From Candidatus Bathyarchaeota archaeon (GTDB lineage Archaea; Thermoproteota; Bathyarchaeia; Bathyarchaeales; Bathycorpusculaceae): DNA of 64,000 bases. Made by a program: the position numbers and the translations under genes. The stretch is from the NCBI GenBank assembly GCA_963767735.1, contig CAVYES010000003.1, positions 32,001 through 96,000 of the forward strand. Reading direction: 5' to 3'. The notes under the pieces are model-generated. The model ran no database searches. It was not told where the DNA came from and worked only from the letters and a program-made list of their open reading frames with translations. Positions 1 to 9,000 of this stretch are shown here, in pieces (the stretch's first letter is position 1; every line of letters begins with the position of its first letter).

Positions 1-1
1 G

Positions 2-1606
2 GCGTACCCGCCCGGTTATCCAAATGCTCAGAGCCCCATTCCCCTCGTTACCCATCTTCATGGCGGTCAAAACCAGTCTTTCTCGGATGGAGGCCCAGAC
101 GGATGGTTTACCTCTGACGGGCAGCATGGACCCGCATACAGCACCTACGCAAAGACCGCCTCAAACGCCGCAGTCTACTATTATCCTAATACGCAGCAAC
201 CTACCACACTTTGGTACCACGATCATGCCTTGGGTCTTACACGTCTTAATGTAATGTCAGGGCTCGCCGGTTTCTATCTCATTAGGGAAACTGCTGGAAA
301 TGATAAGGTTGCCTCTCTGCTGCCGACTGGGAAATACGAGATGCCGCTTGTGATCCAAGATAGAACGTTCAACACTGATGGCTCACTTAGCTATCCGTCT
401 GTCGGAACGGACTCCAATACCCACCCCTACTGGGTCAACACGTTCTTGGGAACCGCAATAATGGTCAATGGCAAAGTCTGGCCTAACATAAACGTTGACA
501 AGGGGCAGTATCGATTCAGGATCTTAAATGGGTCAAATTCCAGGTTTTACACCATAAACTTCTCAAACGGAATGTCTTTCATCCAGATCGGAAGCGACGG
601 CGGCTACCTTAAAACGCCCGTTAAACTCACCTCCTTACTTATTTCACCTGCTGAACGCGTTGACATAATAGTGGACTTCTCGGGCCTGTCAACGGGAGAA
701 AAAGTGATTCTTCAAAACAGTGCTCTCACTTCAAACACCGCCGAGGAAAAACAAACGTTGGGCCAAATAATGGCGTTCACCGCCACCAGCCAAACGGGGT
801 CTACGCCTTTCAACCTTGCCCAGGCGCCAACACCTTTTAATCCCACACTTGCAGCCGCCGGTTTCCCCACCCTGCCAAAAGCAACAAAACAGAGAATTCT
901 CACCCTGTTCGAGGTCTCACAAAACGGCATAATGGTCGAAGCGTTACTTGACGGGCAAACTTGGAGCGCGCCGATCTCTGAAAAGCCTATGCTGGGAACA
1001 ACCGAAGACTGGGTAATCGTTAACCCAACGATGGATCCGCATCCAATTCATCTTCACCTGATTCAATTCCAGCTGGTTCAAAGAGAAGCCTTCGGCACGG
1101 AAGCGTACAATCAAGATTGGCTAACCCTCAACGGGGAACCTCCGTTTAATCACCCAACAATTAATGTTCCCAACCTTAACAGTTACCTCTCAAACCTGGT
1201 GGTGCCGCCTCAACCGTACGAGCAAGGCTGGAAAGACACAATCATAGTAAACTCTGGCGAAGTCGTGACACTGCGAGTTCGGTTCGCGCAACAAGACGGC
1301 TCCAGCTTCTCATTTGATGCAACAGCTGGACCAGGATACGTGTGGCACTGCCACCTGCTTGAACACGAAGACAACGATATGATGCGTCCCTACAAGATCA
1401 CCCAAAAAGCCTCTTTAGCGTTACCCTTGACCGTTTCTGCAGTCGCGGCAGCATCTGCCGTTGCCTTGGCGGGTTATTCTTATCAACGATGGAGAAAGAA
1501 AGGACCGCAAGCAAGCGAGTCAACCGATAAGCTGAATTTTTTGGGGGAACAGAGCGAAACGCAGCGCGCTTGGCTGAATGCACAAAAAACGGTTTCACCA
1601 GATTAA
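2..1606 (+). CDS. Multicopper oxidase (CotA/bilirubin oxidase-like) with C-terminal membrane anchor; 5' end lies outside the window
   Basis: Frame 2 is open from base 2 and contains all four Cu motifs: THLHG, WYHDH, HPIHLH and WHCHLLEHEDNDMM. A hydrophobic helix (LALPLTVSAVAAASAVALAGY) is followed by RWRKK. Confidence 0.93.
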   Translation, partial: AYPPGYPNAQSPIPLVTHLHGGQNQSFSDGGPDGWFTSDGQHGPAYSTYAKTASNAAVYYYPNTQQPTTLWYHDHALGLTRLNVMSGLAGFYLIRETAGNDKVASLLPTGKYEMPLVIQDRTFNTDGSLSYPSVGTDSNTHPYWVNTFLGTAIMVNGKVWPNINVDKGQYRFRILNGSNSRFYTINFSNGMSFIQIGSDGGYLKTPVKLTSLLISPAERVDIIVDFSGLSTGEKVILQNSALTSNTAEEKQTLGQIMAFTATSQTGSTPFNLAQAPTPFNPTLAAAGFPTLPKATKQRILTLFEVSQNGIMVEALLDGQTWSAPISEKPMLGTTEDWVIVNPTMDPHPIHLHLIQFQLVQREAFGTEAYNQDWLTLNGEPPFNHPTINVPNLNSYLSNLVVPPQPYEQGWKDTIIVNSGEVVTLRVRFAQQDGSSFSFDATAGPGYVWHCHLLEHEDNDMMRPYKITQKASLALPLTVSAVAAASAVALAGYSYQRWRKKGPQASESTDKLNFLGEQSETQRAWLNAQKTVSPD

Positions 1607-1623
1607 TTGAGGAATAACACTGC

Positions 1624-2487
1624 TTAATGGTTTGGCAGGGTTTTTCTTTGGAGAAGCGTATTCACCGAGTCGATGAGGGCCTCGCAAGCAAACCACCTCT
1701 CTTCCAGGGAGCTATCGGTCTCCAGGTTCTCAGTTTTTTTCTGACAATCTTTTACCTGCTCGATGACTGGCTTCCTCTTGTTTTCGTACTCGTCTCGAAG
1801 CCTTTCTTTTGCTTCTGTAAACTCCAGCATGGCTAGTTCAAGCTCATTTTGCTTAATGTTTAGTTTCTGAATTGCCTCTGCTTCTTTCCGCTCCCTCTCT
1901 TTCTTCGAGATGCCTCTGAAAAAGCCCGCTTTAATCCGAACTATACTATCCAGGTCTCCTCTGAGATCATCAATATTTCTATACAGACGCCTTATCTCAC
2001 TTCTTTTTCTTGCAGCGATTTGACTTGCTTTAGTAGCATATTCCTGCTTAACTTGTTCAAGGTGGTTTTTGCTGTTAAATAGGCTTCTGACAGCCTCCTC
2101 AAGAGCAGTCTCTTTACGGCGTCTTCTCTCAAGCTCAGACTCGATATTTGAGATTATTTGCACCCGCTCCTCTATGAATTGGTCATCTGCCCCCACGTTT
2201 GGGTTTAACTCAAACTCAGACAGAGTATCTTTCAGGTTAACAAGCCAACGGTCAAAGTGCTCTCTGAACGGGGAAGAACCAAATCGCTGGTTGCCCAAAA
2301 TATGCAGTCGCTTAAGCGTTTTGTCCGTAACCTCTTTCAAAGATGCAACCTGCTTCTCCTCCACCTTGGAGTTAACGAGCAACCTATACTTCCTACCTCT
2401 ACCTTTCCGCTTGTCATATGGCAGCTTCCTAGACCCTCTGCCGGAGGTTCGATGAGATTTTTTCGGCGGTAGATATCCCATGGACAA
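1624..2487 (-). CDS. Hypothetical coiled-coil protein with basic N-terminal tail
   Basis: 287-aa ORF, E/K/R-rich and helical; no recognised motif. Confidence 0.7.
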   Translation of the reverse strand: MSMGYLPPKKSHRTSGRGSRKLPYDKRKGRGRKYRLLVNSKVEEKQVASLKEVTDKTLKRLHILGNQRFGSSPFREHFDRWLVNLKDTLSEFELNPNVGADDQFIEERVQIISNIESELERRRRKETALEEAVRSLFNSKNHLEQVKQEYATKASQIAARKRSEIRRLYRNIDDLRGDLDSIVRIKAGFFRGISKKERERKEAEAIQKLNIKQNELELAMLEFTEAKERLRDEYENKRKPVIEQVKDCQKKTENLETDSSLEERWFACEALIDSVNTLLQRKTLPNH

Positions 2488-2558
2488 AATCTATTATGCT
2501 TGAAGTATTTAAGAAGAAATCTTGTTTGCGCAAATTAAGGCTTTCTTAGTTTGCTGCA

Positions 2559-3548
2559 TTATTGTGTTCGCTTAATAAGCCAGCTAATGATCGCGTTTTC
2601 TGCTTCTTGATCGAGGTGCCGGTCTTGTGCGTTGTAGCGGAGAAGAAGATCACTTGTGAGTTTTTCTCTGGGTTTTTCTTCATATTTCAACACGTGATCA
2701 GCGTTCTCGGGATAGACAAAAGACACGGAGCTTTCTTTGGCGGTAACTTTTTCCAGAGGTTCGCCGTCAGATAGCCAGTTGACCTGGATGTCTTTTTTGC
2801 CGATTACGACCAGTATTGGCTCTTTAACCTTGGCGATATATTCTGAGAGATCATAGGTCCAAAGCTCCCGAGAAAAAGGCAAGTTAGCTGGATTTGCCAG
2901 CGACAGCAGCAGTTGCTTTATGCCTTCGGGAAGAGACGAATCAGGCACTACCGGTTTATCCATCAGGAACACTGCGATAGCGTCGTCATAGAGTTTCATG
3001 ATGGTTTCTGCGTTGGGCAGAGCCTTAATCTGATTGTAGATTTGACTGCGCGCTACTTGACCGATTGATCGCCCTGGCGCCCCAGTTAACACCATCCCCT
3101 GGAATTTTATTTTTGCCTGCAATTGATAGTTTAACGCGTGGATGGCGCCTTCACTGCTGGTGAGCACGAAAAGATTGTTTTGCTCTGCATATTTTCCTGC
3201 GATTAGGGTTTCTACTGCGCCTGATAATTCGTTTACGTGGCTTTGCATGCTGATTCTGCCGATTATTTTAGGAATGTTTTCTTGAACATGCGGTCCAGAG
3301 GCGCGTTTATCGTAACGTAAGGTTAAAAATCCTTGACTTGCAAGTGCTTCAGCCAACAACTTGCCGCTGCAGTTTTCTCCAGGCAATAGGGGTGAGCACC
3401 AGTTACGGTCGGTTGGACCGCTACCTGCCACAAAAACTACCGCAGAACGGGTAGCTTCATCTTTTGGACGCGTAATGGTTCCGTACACAGAAATTTCATC
3501 AACTTTCCATTCAACTTCTTCATTTACGAAATCGCGTTTTTCCATCAT
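2559..3548 (-). CDS. Alpha/beta-fold hydrolase
   Basis: VAGSGPTDRN, LRYDKR, nucleophile-elbow-like TSSEG, G-x-x-D-x-QV and ADHVLK. Confidence 0.85.
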   Translation of the reverse strand: MMEKRDFVNEEVEWKVDEISVYGTITRPKDEATRSAVVFVAGSGPTDRNWCSPLLPGENCSGKLLAEALASQGFLTLRYDKRASGPHVQENIPKIIGRISMQSHVNELSGAVETLIAGKYAEQNNLFVLTSSEGAIHALNYQLQAKIKFQGMVLTGAPGRSIGQVARSQIYNQIKALPNAETIMKLYDDAIAVFLMDKPVVPDSSLPEGIKQLLLSLANPANLPFSRELWTYDLSEYIAKVKEPILVVIGKKDIQVNWLSDGEPLEKVTAKESSVSFVYPENADHVLKYEEKPREKLTSDLLLRYNAQDRHLDQEAENAIISWLIKRTQ

Positions 3549-3674
3549 TTTATTTCACTTCACGACTGGTTGCTTCAATAATAGGCTTTATACTGGTAGA
3601 TTTAAGTATACGTAAAAATTTATGGTTTTCAATATTTTTAGGGACATTCCATTGGTGGTGTTTAAGTCAATTTA

Positions 3675-3914
3675 TTATCGAAATTCTTTTTCAGCGATGT
3701 CGAGTTGTTTTTCCAGCCTTTCTCTGTATTTGTCAACTTGATTTTCTTTAAGGTCATCATCTTGGCTCGCATTAAAAAACTTCAATAGTTCCTTGTCGCT
3801 TAGCTTTACCAGGTTTTCGACAAGTTTATCGATGAGCTTGCGGATTTCTAAGAGCTCCGAGGCAATGACCTTCAGGTCTCTCTTATCCTGCTCTGTCAAG
3901 ACTGTTTTAACCAA
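3675..3914 (-). CDS. Orphan antitoxin-like protein, paralog of 4836..5066
   Basis: MVKTVLTEQDKRDLKVIASEL aligns with MVETVFTDEDKKNLKVIAEEL; no toxin gene follows. Confidence 0.7.
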   Translation of the reverse strand: MVKTVLTEQDKRDLKVIASELLEIRKLIDKLVENLVKLSDKELLKFFNASQDDDLKENQVDKYRERLEKQLDIAEKEFR

Positions 3915-3990
3915 CTAAGCCACCAAGTGAACAATTACCTTTTACAAGGGTTGGCTTACTAAAATTTTCCTATAAAAAATTGTAGATTAT

Positions 3991-4046
3991 TGGTGCTGAG
4001 GGTTCGCAGGAGCTGGAACCTGCGAACCCCTGCGGAAAAAGGATTT
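3991..4046 (-). repeat. Degenerate duplicate of the 3' exon of tRNA-Leu(CAA) (att-like remnant)
   Basis: tggtgctgaggg...gaacctgcgaacccctgcggaaaaaggattt matches 5145-5194 and ends at the exon/intron junction; T-loop altered. Confidence 0.85.
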
Positions 4047-4057
4047 GGCTGGTTTAT

Positions 4058-4598
4058 AAAAAACTTAGCAGAATACCTGCCGCGTTAGCGGCAGGATGTA
4101 TGCGTCCAACCCGCAGTTCTATTAGCCGTTCAAGCCGATAGGTCTGTCACCATTGGATAAGGAGGTGATAGACCTGGAGAAAGCAAGATCGTGTGCTTAC
4201 CAAGCTAACTACCACCTTATCTGGGCCACCAAATACCGGCGCAAGGTACTTTCTAGGCTCAGTTGAGGTTAGATTGGAGGAAGTACTTAAAACGATTGCT
4301 ACTATACACGGCTTCCAACTGCTGGCTGCCAAAGTTCATCATGGCGACCATATTCACGTGTTTGTTTCAGCTCGGCCAAAGCTATGTATACCTGAGATGG
4401 TGCGTGTCTTGAAGTGTAATTCTGCTAAATTGCTGTTTGAGGAGTTTCCTGAGATTAGGTTGCAGCTTTGGGGTGGGCATTTGTGGTCTGAGGGCTATGC
4501 TGTAAGAACTGCAGGCGTTGTTACTAGTGCGAAAATAGAGGAATATATCAACAAAAATTAGATGTGGATGCTCGCCTCGGAAGAGGCGAGTAGTTCAC
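4058..4598 (+). mobile_element. IS200/IS605-family element, tnpA only
   Basis: Subterminal hairpins cctgccgc-gtta-gcggcagg (4076-4095) and ctcgcctc-ggaa-gaggcgag (4571-4590), the latter followed by TAGTTCAC. Left boundary inferred to follow TTTAT at 4053-4057. Confidence 0.8.
4165..4561 (+). CDS. tnpA: IS200-like Y1 HUH transposase with one frameshift near 4250
   Basis: AYQANYHLIWATKYRRKVL in one frame, then DHIHVFV (HUH), LWSEGY and EEYI in the next; true pseudogene or sequencing indel. Confidence 0.88.
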
Positions 4599-4852
4599 TT
4601 ATCGTAGACTTTTTTGCGGTGACCAATAGTTCGGATAACAATCGTCTGTTCGGACACTTGGTAGATTATTCTGTAATCACCGACTCGAAAGGACTTAAGC
4701 TCGCTTAAACGCCCTACCAACTGTTTACTGGCAAAGGGTTTTTCTTTTAGAATTTTCAATTCTCTTAAAATTCTAATCTGCGTTTGCCTATCAAGACGCT
4801 TAAGCCTCTTTAGGAACTCTCTGGTGAATGTGAGTTCAAAGTTCTTTTTCAT
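4595..4852 (-). CDS. relE: RelE/ParE-family toxin
   Basis: FRVGDYRIIY and IGHRKKVY; overlaps the upstream antitoxin. Confidence 0.9.
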   Translation of the reverse strand: MKKNFELTFTREFLKRLKRLDRQTQIRILRELKILKEKPFASKQLVGRLSELKSFRVGDYRIIYQVSEQTIVIRTIGHRKKVYDK

Positions 4853-5066
4853 CGATGCTCAGTTCATCCAGCATTTCTTTGTAGGTAAGCACTTTGTTTT
4901 CTTTGAGGTCTTTAAGGCTTCTATCAATGCTCTTCATCAGTTTCTCGTCGCTTAGAACCTCTAAAGTTTCCATAAGTTCCTCAACGACTATGCGGAGTTT
5001 TGGTAGCTCCTCAGCTATGACTTTAAGGTTTTTCTTGTCTTCGTCGGTAAAAACAGTTTCAACCAA
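4836..5066 (-). CDS. Cognate antitoxin of RelE
   Basis: Acidic 76-aa protein with ETLEVLSD motif; overlaps the relE start. Confidence 0.8.
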   Translation of the reverse strand: MVETVFTDEDKKNLKVIAEELPKLRIVVEELMETLEVLSDEKLMKSIDRSLKDLKENKVLTYKEMLDELSIDEKEL

Positions 5067-5144
5067 CCTTAGTCACCCATGTTATATCCTTATTTACAAG
5101 CGTTATGCAGTATTAAAATTTCCCTAAAAAATTTTAAAATTTGT

Positions 5145-5269
5145 TGGTGCTGAGGGCAGGATTCGAACCTGCGAACCCCTGCGGGAAAGGATTTCCCATC
5201 ATGAGCCCATTTCAGGCCAAATGTTTGATCTTGAGTCCTTCACCTTTGACCTGGCTTGGTTACCTCAGC
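5145..5269 (-). tRNA. tRNA-Leu(CAA) with 37-nt intron (5193-5229) at canonical 37/38 and encoded CCA
   Basis: GCTGAGG/CCTCAGC acceptor stem, AAGGA-CTCAAG^A-TCCTT anticodon arm, long variable arm and GGTTCGAATCC. BHB motif: central helix CUCA/UGGG with AGA and AAA bulges. Confidence 0.96.
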
Positions 5270-5338
5270 ACACTTTTTTGGGCAACAGACTTTCCTTTTG
5301 CTTTCTTATTAATCATTTCCCCCTTAAAATATCACAAC

Positions 5339-7138
5339 TTAGAGAATTTTCTCCAAATCAACGATGAAACGCTTATACACTTTTAAGCCCCCATTCCAGA
5401 AGCTTGGGTCTGCCACGTTTAAGCCGACAATTTTGCCGGTTTCCAGAGGTGAAACGCTGCTGCCCGCCGACAACGCCTTCTCCAGCTTTGGCACAAACGC
5501 CTTGCCCTCCTCCAAATAGCGCTCGTAGAGTGAGTAGACGAACATTTGGGCGTAGACGTAGGGGTAGTTGTAGAAGCGGTAGTTTGCCATGTAATAGTGC
5601 GGTTTCATGGTCCATTCAGCTTCCATCTCCGTGAACCAGGTGACTGCGTCGCCGAAGATGCGGTCTCGGGCTGTCGTCCAATGCCTGCAAATAGTGGAGT
5701 AATCGAGGTATTCGCCTTCCTGAATGGAGGCGTAGAGTGCCTGCTCGAACCATACGCGTGCGGTAACTTGGAACGTTGTCATCCCCGATTCGTCGAGGAC
5801 CTGGCACAGAATTTCTTTTTGTTCTTTGTCTTTTTTTGCCTCGCTAAGAAGCAAGTCCGTTAAGAGTAGTTCGCCGAAAATAGATGCGGTCTCCGCTACA
5901 GTGGACGGCACGGCTGTATTCATTAGGGTTTGGCTTCGAGACATGTAGTAGTCATGGGTTGCATGCCCCAACTCATGTGCTAGTGTGTAAATGTCGCCGA
6001 GTGTGCCGTTGAAGTTGTCTAGAACAAAAGCGGATTTCCCCCGATACCAGCTTGCACAGAAGGCTCCGTTGCGTTTCCCAAATCGGGGCGTTGCGTCTAT
6101 GCGGCGTTTCTCAAACATTTCTTTGATTTCGGAGGCGTATTCTTCGTCGAAGCGGCTATATGCCCGTATGACTAGGTTTTGGGCTTCCTTAAACGTAAAT
6201 TTGAGTTCAGGCGCATCGGGCAGGGGTGCAACGATGTCTTGGTTTCCCAGAATCGGCAGATTCATGAGTTTAGCTTTAAGTTTGAGGTAACGACGGTACG
6301 TCCCAGCGTTTTCCTCTATTGCATGCAGCAGATTCTCAACTATTGTCTGGTCAGTGTCATTATTCATGAGGCTTGACTCCATGGGCGTCGCGTATTTTCT
6401 GCGTTGGGAAACGGTGACCCAGTCGTTGCAGATACTGCGCAGCGCGGAAGCGAAGATTTCGCCGTCTCTCCCCAATAAACCATAAATCGCTCGGTTCGCC
6501 GACTCACGCGTTGCCCTGTCAGGATGAGACAATAACCCGTTGGCTTCGCCGTAACTAAGAGTCTTTTTCTCGCCGAGGACTGTGATGCCGAAGGTGCGGG
6601 TGTTGAGCCATTTGCTCTGCAGTTCCTCCCAAGCTTGCACGCCGAACTGGTCCTTCTCGATGATAAGTTGCTCCTCCACCTCGCTTAGCTGATGAGCGAC
6701 ACGTCGCTGTACACGCTCCAACATATGCCGGTACCCAGCCAGAACTGGCTCGGCAATTAACTCGGGCTTAGCTTTCACAAGCGCGCCAAGTTCGAGCGAA
6801 AAGAAAGCCAACTGCTTACCCAACTGCGCCTCAAACTTACTCACCTTATCGTAGAGCGCCTGTACTTCAGCCAAAGTCATGTTAGCCGAAAAAGACAAAC
6901 CTGCAAAAAGCGACACATCACCCAATTCAACGTCAAAAGCCTCCAACTCTCGGAGACACTGAAGCAGCCTGGTAGAGTCAAGTTCAGCAATTTTTCCCCG
7001 GTATTTCCTCTCAAAGTTGTCCGCAAAAACTTTTGCTTCATTAATTGCTTTTTCGACAGAGGGGTCTTTGATGCTTGGGAAAAGCTCCGTTAAGTCCCAA
7101 GAAACTTCCTGATTAGTGCTGCTGATCATTAGATTCAC
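5339..7138 (-). CDS. pepF: Oligoendopeptidase F (M3B)
   Basis: WDLTELF, GKRNGAFC, HELGH zinc motif, AETASIFGE and PHYY..FYNYPY. Confidence 0.93.
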   Translation of the reverse strand: MNLMISSTNQEVSWDLTELFPSIKDPSVEKAINEAKVFADNFERKYRGKIAELDSTRLLQCLRELEAFDVELGDVSLFAGLSFSANMTLAEVQALYDKVSKFEAQLGKQLAFFSLELGALVKAKPELIAEPVLAGYRHMLERVQRRVAHQLSEVEEQLIIEKDQFGVQAWEELQSKWLNTRTFGITVLGEKKTLSYGEANGLLSHPDRATRESANRAIYGLLGRDGEIFASALRSICNDWVTVSQRRKYATPMESSLMNNDTDQTIVENLLHAIEENAGTYRRYLKLKAKLMNLPILGNQDIVAPLPDAPELKFTFKEAQNLVIRAYSRFDEEYASEIKEMFEKRRIDATPRFGKRNGAFCASWYRGKSAFVLDNFNGTLGDIYTLAHELGHATHDYYMSRSQTLMNTAVPSTVAETASIFGELLLTDLLLSEAKKDKEQKEILCQVLDESGMTTFQVTARVWFEQALYASIQEGEYLDYSTICRHWTTARDRIFGDAVTWFTEMEAEWTMKPHYYMANYRFYNYPYVYAQMFVYSLYERYLEEGKAFVPKLEKALSAGSSVSPLETGKIVGLNVADPSFWNGGLKVYKRFIVDLEKIL

Positions 7139-7263
7139 TTTATATTAAGATTAAATTCGGCGGGCTATTTTGGGTTTGCCCATCACCTGATTACAACCTA
7201 TTAATCAGTTTCCGTTACCGCAAAAGTAATAGCGTTGCGTAGACGATACAATAGGGAACATGC

Positions 7264-8154
7264 ATGCATACAGAGCACAAAATAATCCTTGGCAACAGCC
7301 AACAAATGTCTGAACTCCAAGATTGCAGCGTCCATTTAATGGTTACTTCGCCGCCTTACCCCATGATACAAATGTGGGATGACCTCTTTGCTAAAGCTGA
7401 TCCAAAAATTGCAGAACTTTGGCGCAAACTGGAAGAGGACGGTCGAGGAGAAACTGTCGGGCAAATCTACGATGCAATGCATAATTATCTCGCCAAAGTT
7501 TGGCTGGAAACTTGGCGGGTTCTGGTTAATGGCGGCATAGCGTGCATAAATATCGGTGACGCAACCCGCACGGTAAACGGCAAATTCCAGCTCTACCCCA
7601 ACCACGCCCGAATAACGGAGATTTGCGAAAAAATCGGCTTCACCACACTACCCTATATTCTATGGAAAAAACCCACAACCAAACCAAAATACAAAGGAAA
7701 AGGCGCCTTTTTAGGCTCAGGTTTCCTGCCGCCAAACGCCTACGTGACACTCGACTGCGAATTCATCCTCCTATTCAGAAAAGGAAGCCTCCGCAAATTC
7801 CCACCCCACGACCAAACGCGATACGACAGCGCTTTTACCAAGCCCCAGCGTGACGAATGGTTCAGCCAAATCTGGACGCTGAAAGGAACACGCCAAACCG
7901 CAAGCCAACTGGAGAGACGAACTGCAGCCTACCCAGATGAAATCGCCGAACGCCTCATCAAAATGTTCAGCATAAAAGGCGACACAGTGCTGGACCCGTT
8001 TTTGGGCTCAGGAACCACAGCAAAAATTGCCCTGCAAAATGAACGCGACAGCATCGGGTATGAAACAGACCAAAATTTGCTTCAGATCATAAATAAAAAA
8101 GTAGCCAATAACTCAGCCAATCTGTCAGCTGATGTGAAGATAATCAAACGTTAA
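7264..8154 (+). CDS. Beta-class N4-C/N6-A DNA methyltransferase, orphan
   Basis: TSPPY catalytic motif N-terminal to the VLDPFLGSGTT SAM-binding motif. Confidence 0.92.
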   Translation: MHTEHKIILGNSQQMSELQDCSVHLMVTSPPYPMIQMWDDLFAKADPKIAELWRKLEEDGRGETVGQIYDAMHNYLAKVWLETWRVLVNGGIACINIGDATRTVNGKFQLYPNHARITEICEKIGFTTLPYILWKKPTTKPKYKGKGAFLGSGFLPPNAYVTLDCEFILLFRKGSLRKFPPHDQTRYDSAFTKPQRDEWFSQIWTLKGTRQTASQLERRTAAYPDEIAERLIKMFSIKGDTVLDPFLGSGTTAKIALQNERDSIGYETDQNLLQIINKKVANNSANLSADVKIIKR

Positions 8155-8367
8155 AAGCCAAGGTTCCGATGTTTCAGAAGTCCGTTCGATTTCTTTGGAA
8201 TTCCCCGCCGCACGACATATACCGCTTAAGTGGTTTTCGACGAGGAATCTGTAGGCTGGGCGTTTCCTATTTTTCTTGTTTGTGCAACCACTTTTTGTTT
8301 TGTGAAGGGTAATTTATAATATAAAGGTAAGATAGATTATCCTTTAGGATCCAATGGTGATGTCTGC

Positions 8368-8595
8368 ATGGAAGATCTTATGGATAGAATTGTTGTAGAC
8401 CCTCAGATTCTTGTGGGAAAACCAGTCATAAAGGGCGCACGTATTCCAGTTTATCTTATAATCGAGTTTTTAGCAAATGGGTTAACCGAAGAAGAAGCCC
8501 TCGATGAGTACCCAGAGCTTAAAAAAGCAGATGTCAAAGCTGCTCTTCTTTATGGCCCAAAATGTCTTGACCGCCAAGTTACGGTTACCATGTAA
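8368..8595 (+). CDS. DUF433-family antitoxin-like protein
   Basis: RIVVDPQILVGKPVIKGARIPV...EYPEL. Confidence 0.88.
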   Translation: MEDLMDRIVVDPQILVGKPVIKGARIPVYLIIEFLANGLTEEEALDEYPELKKADVKAALLYGPKCLDRQVTVTM

Positions 8596-8680
8596 ACTGG
8601 TCAAAACAACCAGAACAAAAATTAGAAAAAGAACTAAACACTTGAAAATCCGCACTCCTTAAAAAAATCTAACCAGCAAA

Positions 8681-8790
8681 CTTTAGTCACTTTCCTTTAC
8701 TTTTCCTTACGTTTCCTTACTTTCTGTTACTTTTCCTTACGCAACCTGCAAACGTTTCAAAGCCTAAACCAAAAAAGCAGCCCAAAACAA
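8681..8790 (-). repeat. Dispersed element copy 1: conserved leader + five to six 10-bp repeats (GTAAGGAAAA)
   Basis: Plus-strand units tttcctttac/ttttccttac/gtttccttac/tttctgttac/ttttccttac followed by gcaacctgcaaac...cctaaaccaaaaaagcagcccaaaaca. Confidence 0.85.
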
Positions 8791-8840
8791 AAAGATCAGT
8801 GGCGACGCAACTGTTGTGGATGAAATACTTTTTTTACCTC

Positions 8841-9000
8841 GCTTGTCCTTCCTTGTCCTTCCTTGTCCTTCCTTGTCCTTCCTTGTCCTTCCTTGTCCTT
8901 CCTTGTCCTTCCTTGTCCTTCCTTATCCTTCTGTGTCCTTTTGTGTACGCAACCTGCAAACAATTCAAACCCTAAACCAAAAAAACAACCCAAAACACAA
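8841..9000 (-). repeat. Dispersed element copy 2: conserved leader + about ten 10-bp tandem repeats (CCTTGTCCTT)
   Basis: Seven exact ccttgtcctt units plus variants at 8841-8940, then acgcaacctgcaaac...ccctaaaccaaaaaaacaacccaaaaca. Confidence 0.9.

Noticed and set aside
5141-5386. 81-aa plus-strand ORF
   Set aside because: Antisense shadow of the tRNA-Leu gene
8841-8940. CRISPR array, or the 78-107 aa repeat-peptide ORFs over the tandem repeat
   Set aside because: Contiguous 10-bp units with no spacers and no cas genes; the ORFs are translations of the repeat
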